64,000 bases of DNA from Takakia lepidozioides (lineage: Eukaryota > Plantae > Bryophyta): positions 16,926,001 through 16,990,000 of the forward strand of contig CM060734.1 of the NCBI GenBank assembly GCA_030704615.1, written 5' to 3'. Below, piece after piece: positions 60,222 to 64,000 of the stretch. How positions within the stretch are numbered: the stretch's first letter is position 1; the number at the start of each line of letters is the position of its first letter. The position numbers and the translations under genes were made by a program. Below the pieces are notes generated by a model. It was given only the letters and a program-made list of their open reading frames with translations. It ran no database searches and was not told the DNA's origin.

Positions 60222-61997
60222 CCCTCGACACCTGCATGCTTGATTACGCGCCATGCTAGTTTTGTGTGGGCGCTTGTTTTTATAGGTGGTTGGTTTGGAT
60301 TTCATCACCGACCCAATCCTAGAGCATGTTGCCGGTGGTGAGGCTGGGGTGATGACCAGTCAGACCATCATTGTTTCTCCTGTGGTGAGGTTGGGGTGAT
60401 GACCAACCAACCATAGGAGTGCCTACGGTGGATGTAGGTGCAGGTGCAGGCTATGTTAGGAACCTAGTATTCCAAACCATAAGCCGCAACAGGTTCCCTA
60501 CCTGGTTACCTTATGGAAAGGGGGATTAGAGACAGGTCCATGACTGATTGAGTGTGAGGTTTTCATCACGGAGGTGCCACTAGTTGATGGGAGAGAGTGC
60601 CGGTACGAGCACTAGCGATACTAGTGGGTATACGAGACGAGGTGTGCGGTTTAAGCCACCTTCACCTCATGTGTCTTCTAAGGAAGGTTTTGATTCCGAC
60701 TCTGAATCAGGAGGATTCACGCCGACGGTGCAAGTTACTTCCTTGCCATTATTGTGGGATACAATGGAGGAAATGTATGGAGCCACCAAGGGGCCACGTA
60801 GGTACTCTGGAGCAGTGGGCACCATCGAGCTAGATGATTTCATACAAGAGTTTGATAGTTGGTGTGACTTGTAGCGAATGCGCAATCCACAACTGTTTAC
60901 GCCTTTTATGGCATGGAAGGGGCTGTTTCAGCACCTTGAGGGGCCGCCCATGGATAATTACCATGAGTTTAGGCGGGGGCATGAGGTTAAGATCGAGGAG
61001 TGGAGGATGTACTGGTCACCTGACTATGTCTCCATCACTAGAGGCACTAGAGGCACAAAGGTAGCAGCTGCACCGGCAGCTTCCACAAGCAGCAGTGGGA
61101 CTAGTGGTACAGCAGTTGGGACGCCCACCCAAGCCACTGCTGCACCAGCACTAGCACCAGTACTCGTGTCTGCCATCAACCCTGTTGTGGAGTTCTTCGA
61201 AGAGTTGAAAAAGAACTACCAAGGGGTGAGGACAGAGAAGTTGCGGAGCTTACAAAAGTTCCAATGGAAGCCTAGTGAGAGCTTGAGTGAGGCCTACACT
61301 CGCATAAGGCGCTTGATAAATGTAAACCCAAGGGTTACGGAGGCTCAAGCAGTCCAATTCTGATATGGGATATTGGACAAAGAGCTGAGGAGAAAGGTGC
61401 GGGATGCAACTCTCCTACAAGCGGCCCAACCCACCTTAGCAAATGTGTTTTTGCTGGCAGAGCGAATAGAGCTCAACATGGTGGAAGAACGAGTGATCAT
61501 GGTGTGATTTGCTAATGAGACACCACGGGATAGTGGTGCTCCTAGCCAACCACTACCCCACGTGCTCAAGGCAATAAGAGGGCTCAGGTGAAGCCTAGAG
61601 AAGGACACAGAGGATCTCAGATGCAGGGATCTCTCCCTTCATTTGCAGGCCAGCAACAGACGGGTGTAGTGTGTTGGACATGTGGAGGACCCCATGTCAA
61701 GAAGGATTGCCCAGAGGGAGGCAAAGGGCCAGCACAAGCACAGCCTGCACAGTTGCAGTGTGGGCATTGTGGCAAGTATGGGCATGGAGAAGCCCAGTGT
61801 TATGACTTACACCCTGAGTTGCGGCCAGGCCAGTTCCAAGGGAACAATGGTGGCCAAGGGCGAGGTGGAGTACCTCAGAGAGGACGAGGTGGTCACATAC
61901 GAGGTGCAAGACAAAGGCAAGCACAGCATGGCCAGGGACGTAGAGGTCAGGGTCATGACCACGACATGGCGGATAGGCTTGCTCAGCTAGAGCAACG

Positions 61998-62894
61998 TGT
62001 CGTGTGCATACATATCGCTACATAACTACATCGTTGTCCAAAAAAACACACAACACATGTGCACGCCACACACTAGTATACAACTGTCCACCACTAGTCC
62101 AACCACTAGTCCAACCACTAGGCTACAACTAGTCAGTCACTAGGCTGCCACTATGCTGCCCACTATGGCAAGTCACTGTTCCACAAATGATAAAGAAGAA
62201 GAATACAAGCACAAGCTTATGCGAGCTCACAAAGCTGAAGCTTAAACTCATGCATATATAAACTCATCACTCAAATACAAGTCAAGCCAAGTGCACCCCA
62301 CGCCATGGGGAATCCACACTACGGCGCCATAGCTAGGCACGGTGAGGCTCAACTCGAGAAAGATGAGCCTCCCGCGCTTGCCGTGAAGATAATCACTCTA
62401 GGGCCTAAATCTGCCTTGACCCCTGGATTGACACTTGGGCCAATCCCAAATGTCAATATGTAAAAGCTAGTTATTTCCTAGCTAGTTTCACACTAGTGGT
62501 AAAATAACTTGACAGCTATCGTGCGCATACATATCGCTACACAAAAAATACATCGCTGTCCAAAACCACACAACACATGTGCACGCCACACACTAGTATA
62601 CCACTAGTCCACCACTAGTCCAACCACTAGGCTACAACTAGTCAGTCACTAGGCTGCCACTATGCTGCCCACTATGGCAGTCACTAGTCCACACAATTGC
62701 CCCCCTAGCTGGTGCTTAGGTCCCTCTAAGTCTAGGTAGCCATAAGATGTGATAGTGACAATAGTCTCACTAAGTCCTCCACCACTGTCCCTACTACAAT
62801 CAAACTCGATAGATCAAGAGGCCGGGTGCAAGAGTTGCCCCATCGTTAGTCGCCGTCTTGCAACTTGTGAACTTGAGCCTGGGATCTCGTGTAT
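61998..62894 (-). mobile_element. 3' end of a fourth family C copy: 3' UTR, PPT, B, gc, A, B
   Basis: B 62517-62695, GC 62515-62516, A 62188-62514, B 61998-62187, PPT 62696-62706. Confidence 0.85.
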
Positions 62895-64000
62895 TGACGC
62901 AGTTATAGTACGCGCACGCGCCAGGTGAGCACTAGCACGTGAACTCCCAAAGAAGGCGCATGTTTCCTTGCCCCTTGGATGGGAGTCACCCGATTTCGGC
63001 ATTGCGCAAACACACGATTAACCCAATTTACCTCTCCCACTTTTGTAAGCTAGCATGCATTCTACACACTAGCCAACCACACCATGCATCACCATTCCAA
63101 ACAAAATAGGACACACAACATTTGGAACCCATTTCCTTTATAACAAATTTTTGTACAATACAAGTTTTTGCAATCGGATTCCTGAGCTAGCTAAGCCGGG
63201 CTAAGCATGCATTTCCTCCCCCACGCTCCAAGGTTGATGTCCCCATCAACGCTTCTTCCGCTTTTGAGGTCGCCCTTCGAAAACTGCAACCGCCTCGGAT
63301 GCGTTTCCCATTTCTGAGGCACGCACCCAAGATGTCTCCACAAGATGATAGCCCTTCCATTTGACGAGATACTCTGTTTCTGGGTTCTTGAACCTCCTCG
63401 ACTTAAGTACTGCCTCCACCTCGTACTTAGGTTCATTTTCATGATCCAACAGCACAGGTGGCGGACGCAACACTTGATGCCGATTCGGACGCGCTTCATC
63501 TTTGAAGTAAGGCTTCAAAAGGGAGACGTGAAATACTGGATGCACCTTGCTGTATGCCGGCAGCTCCAATTCATACACATCCTCATTCATAACCTTCCGG
63601 ATGCGAAAGGGTCCCGCATACGGAGGTACGAACTTTGGACTCACTTCCGGAGGTAGTCGGAAATTCTTGATGTTCAACCAAACCTCCGTGCCTGCCTCAA
63701 ACTTCACTTCCCTCCGCTTCCGATTTGCCTGCCTTTCATACCGTTTCCTAGCTTTGGCAATGTTGTACTTTGCGAGCTTCAACAAACGCTCGCGTTCTTC
63801 TAGTACCGCCGCTACTGCCGGTTCCTCAACGTCCTGGGCGGCCCAACTTGTCGGCACCAGAGGTGCTTTTCCATAGACCAATACAAAAGGGGAAACTCCC
63901 GTTGCGGAGTGTTCTGTGTTATTATAACAGAACTCTGCCGCGTCTAAGTGTTCCACCCAGTCTGTTTGGTCTGCCGACACGTAATTCCGCAAGATCTGCT
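62895..64000 (-). mobile_element. Chromovirus (family E) 3' end: integrase C-terminus, chromodomain, PPT and probable LTR (~62895-63211)
   Basis: ORF 63246-63992; minus-strand purine tract GTGGGGGAGGAAA followed by TGCATGC. Confidence 0.8.
63246..63992 (-). CDS. Integrase C-terminus with GPY/F motif and chromodomain (partial)
   Basis: AEFCYNN...TGVSPF, YAGPFRI, HPVFHVSLLKPY, YEVEAVL...EYLVKWKGY...SW. Confidence 0.93.
   Translation of the reverse strand: MRNYVSADQTDWVEHLDAAEFCYNNTEHSATGVSPFVLVYGKAPLVPTSWAAQDVEEPAVAAVLEERERLLKLAKYNIAKARKRYERQANRKRREVKFEAGTEVWLNIKNFRLPPEVSPKFVPPYAGPFRIRKVMNEDVYELELPAYSKVHPVFHVSLLKPYFKDEARPNRHQVLRPPPVLLDHENEPKYEVEAVLKSRRFKNPETEYLVKWKGYHLVETSWVRASEMGNASEAVAVFEGRPQKRKKR

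Larger units (their letters stand above)
40229..61997 (+). mobile_element. Family C outer copy (segment A 40229-40535, long 5' UTR, decayed gag 60584-61997); hosts MULE-2 and two more family C copies
   Basis: Collinear with 49245-53910 once the nested inserts are removed. Confidence 0.85.

Overview
This window is almost entirely a nest of transposable elements, and I found no conventional host gene. The element types and GT-AG introns suggest a plant nuclear genome, possibly a non-seed plant (inference). Four Ty3/Gypsy families are present. Family A has ~930-bp LTRs, an extra ORF before gag and a coiled-coil ORF after pol (copies at 1-5948 and 24306-36703). Family B is on the minus strand (7889-39624), has a tRNA-Ala PBS and a dUTPase-like domain after its protease, and is split by later insertions. 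Family C encodes Gag-PR-C5 DNA methyltransferase, a CARYYA-context TAG, then RT-RH-IN-PHD, and its two termini are different (four copies or fragments). Family E is a chromovirus 3' end. There is also a Helitron helicase fragment and two related Mutator-like (MULE) DNA transposons (9919-23370 and 41103-47812). Two systems stand out. (1) The larger MULE carries a transposase, an orphan ORF and a decayed 9-exon gene for a ParB-like domain plus a beta-class N4C/N6A DNA-methyltransferase-like domain. Dozens of CGGCGCCG-centred palindromes in both MULEs are spaced at whole helical turns (53, 63-64, 74, 95-96 bp). (2) The DNMT+PHD Gypsy appears to integrate through an internal junction of its LTR (split LTR). 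All domain calls come from motif recognition by eye; no database searches were run.
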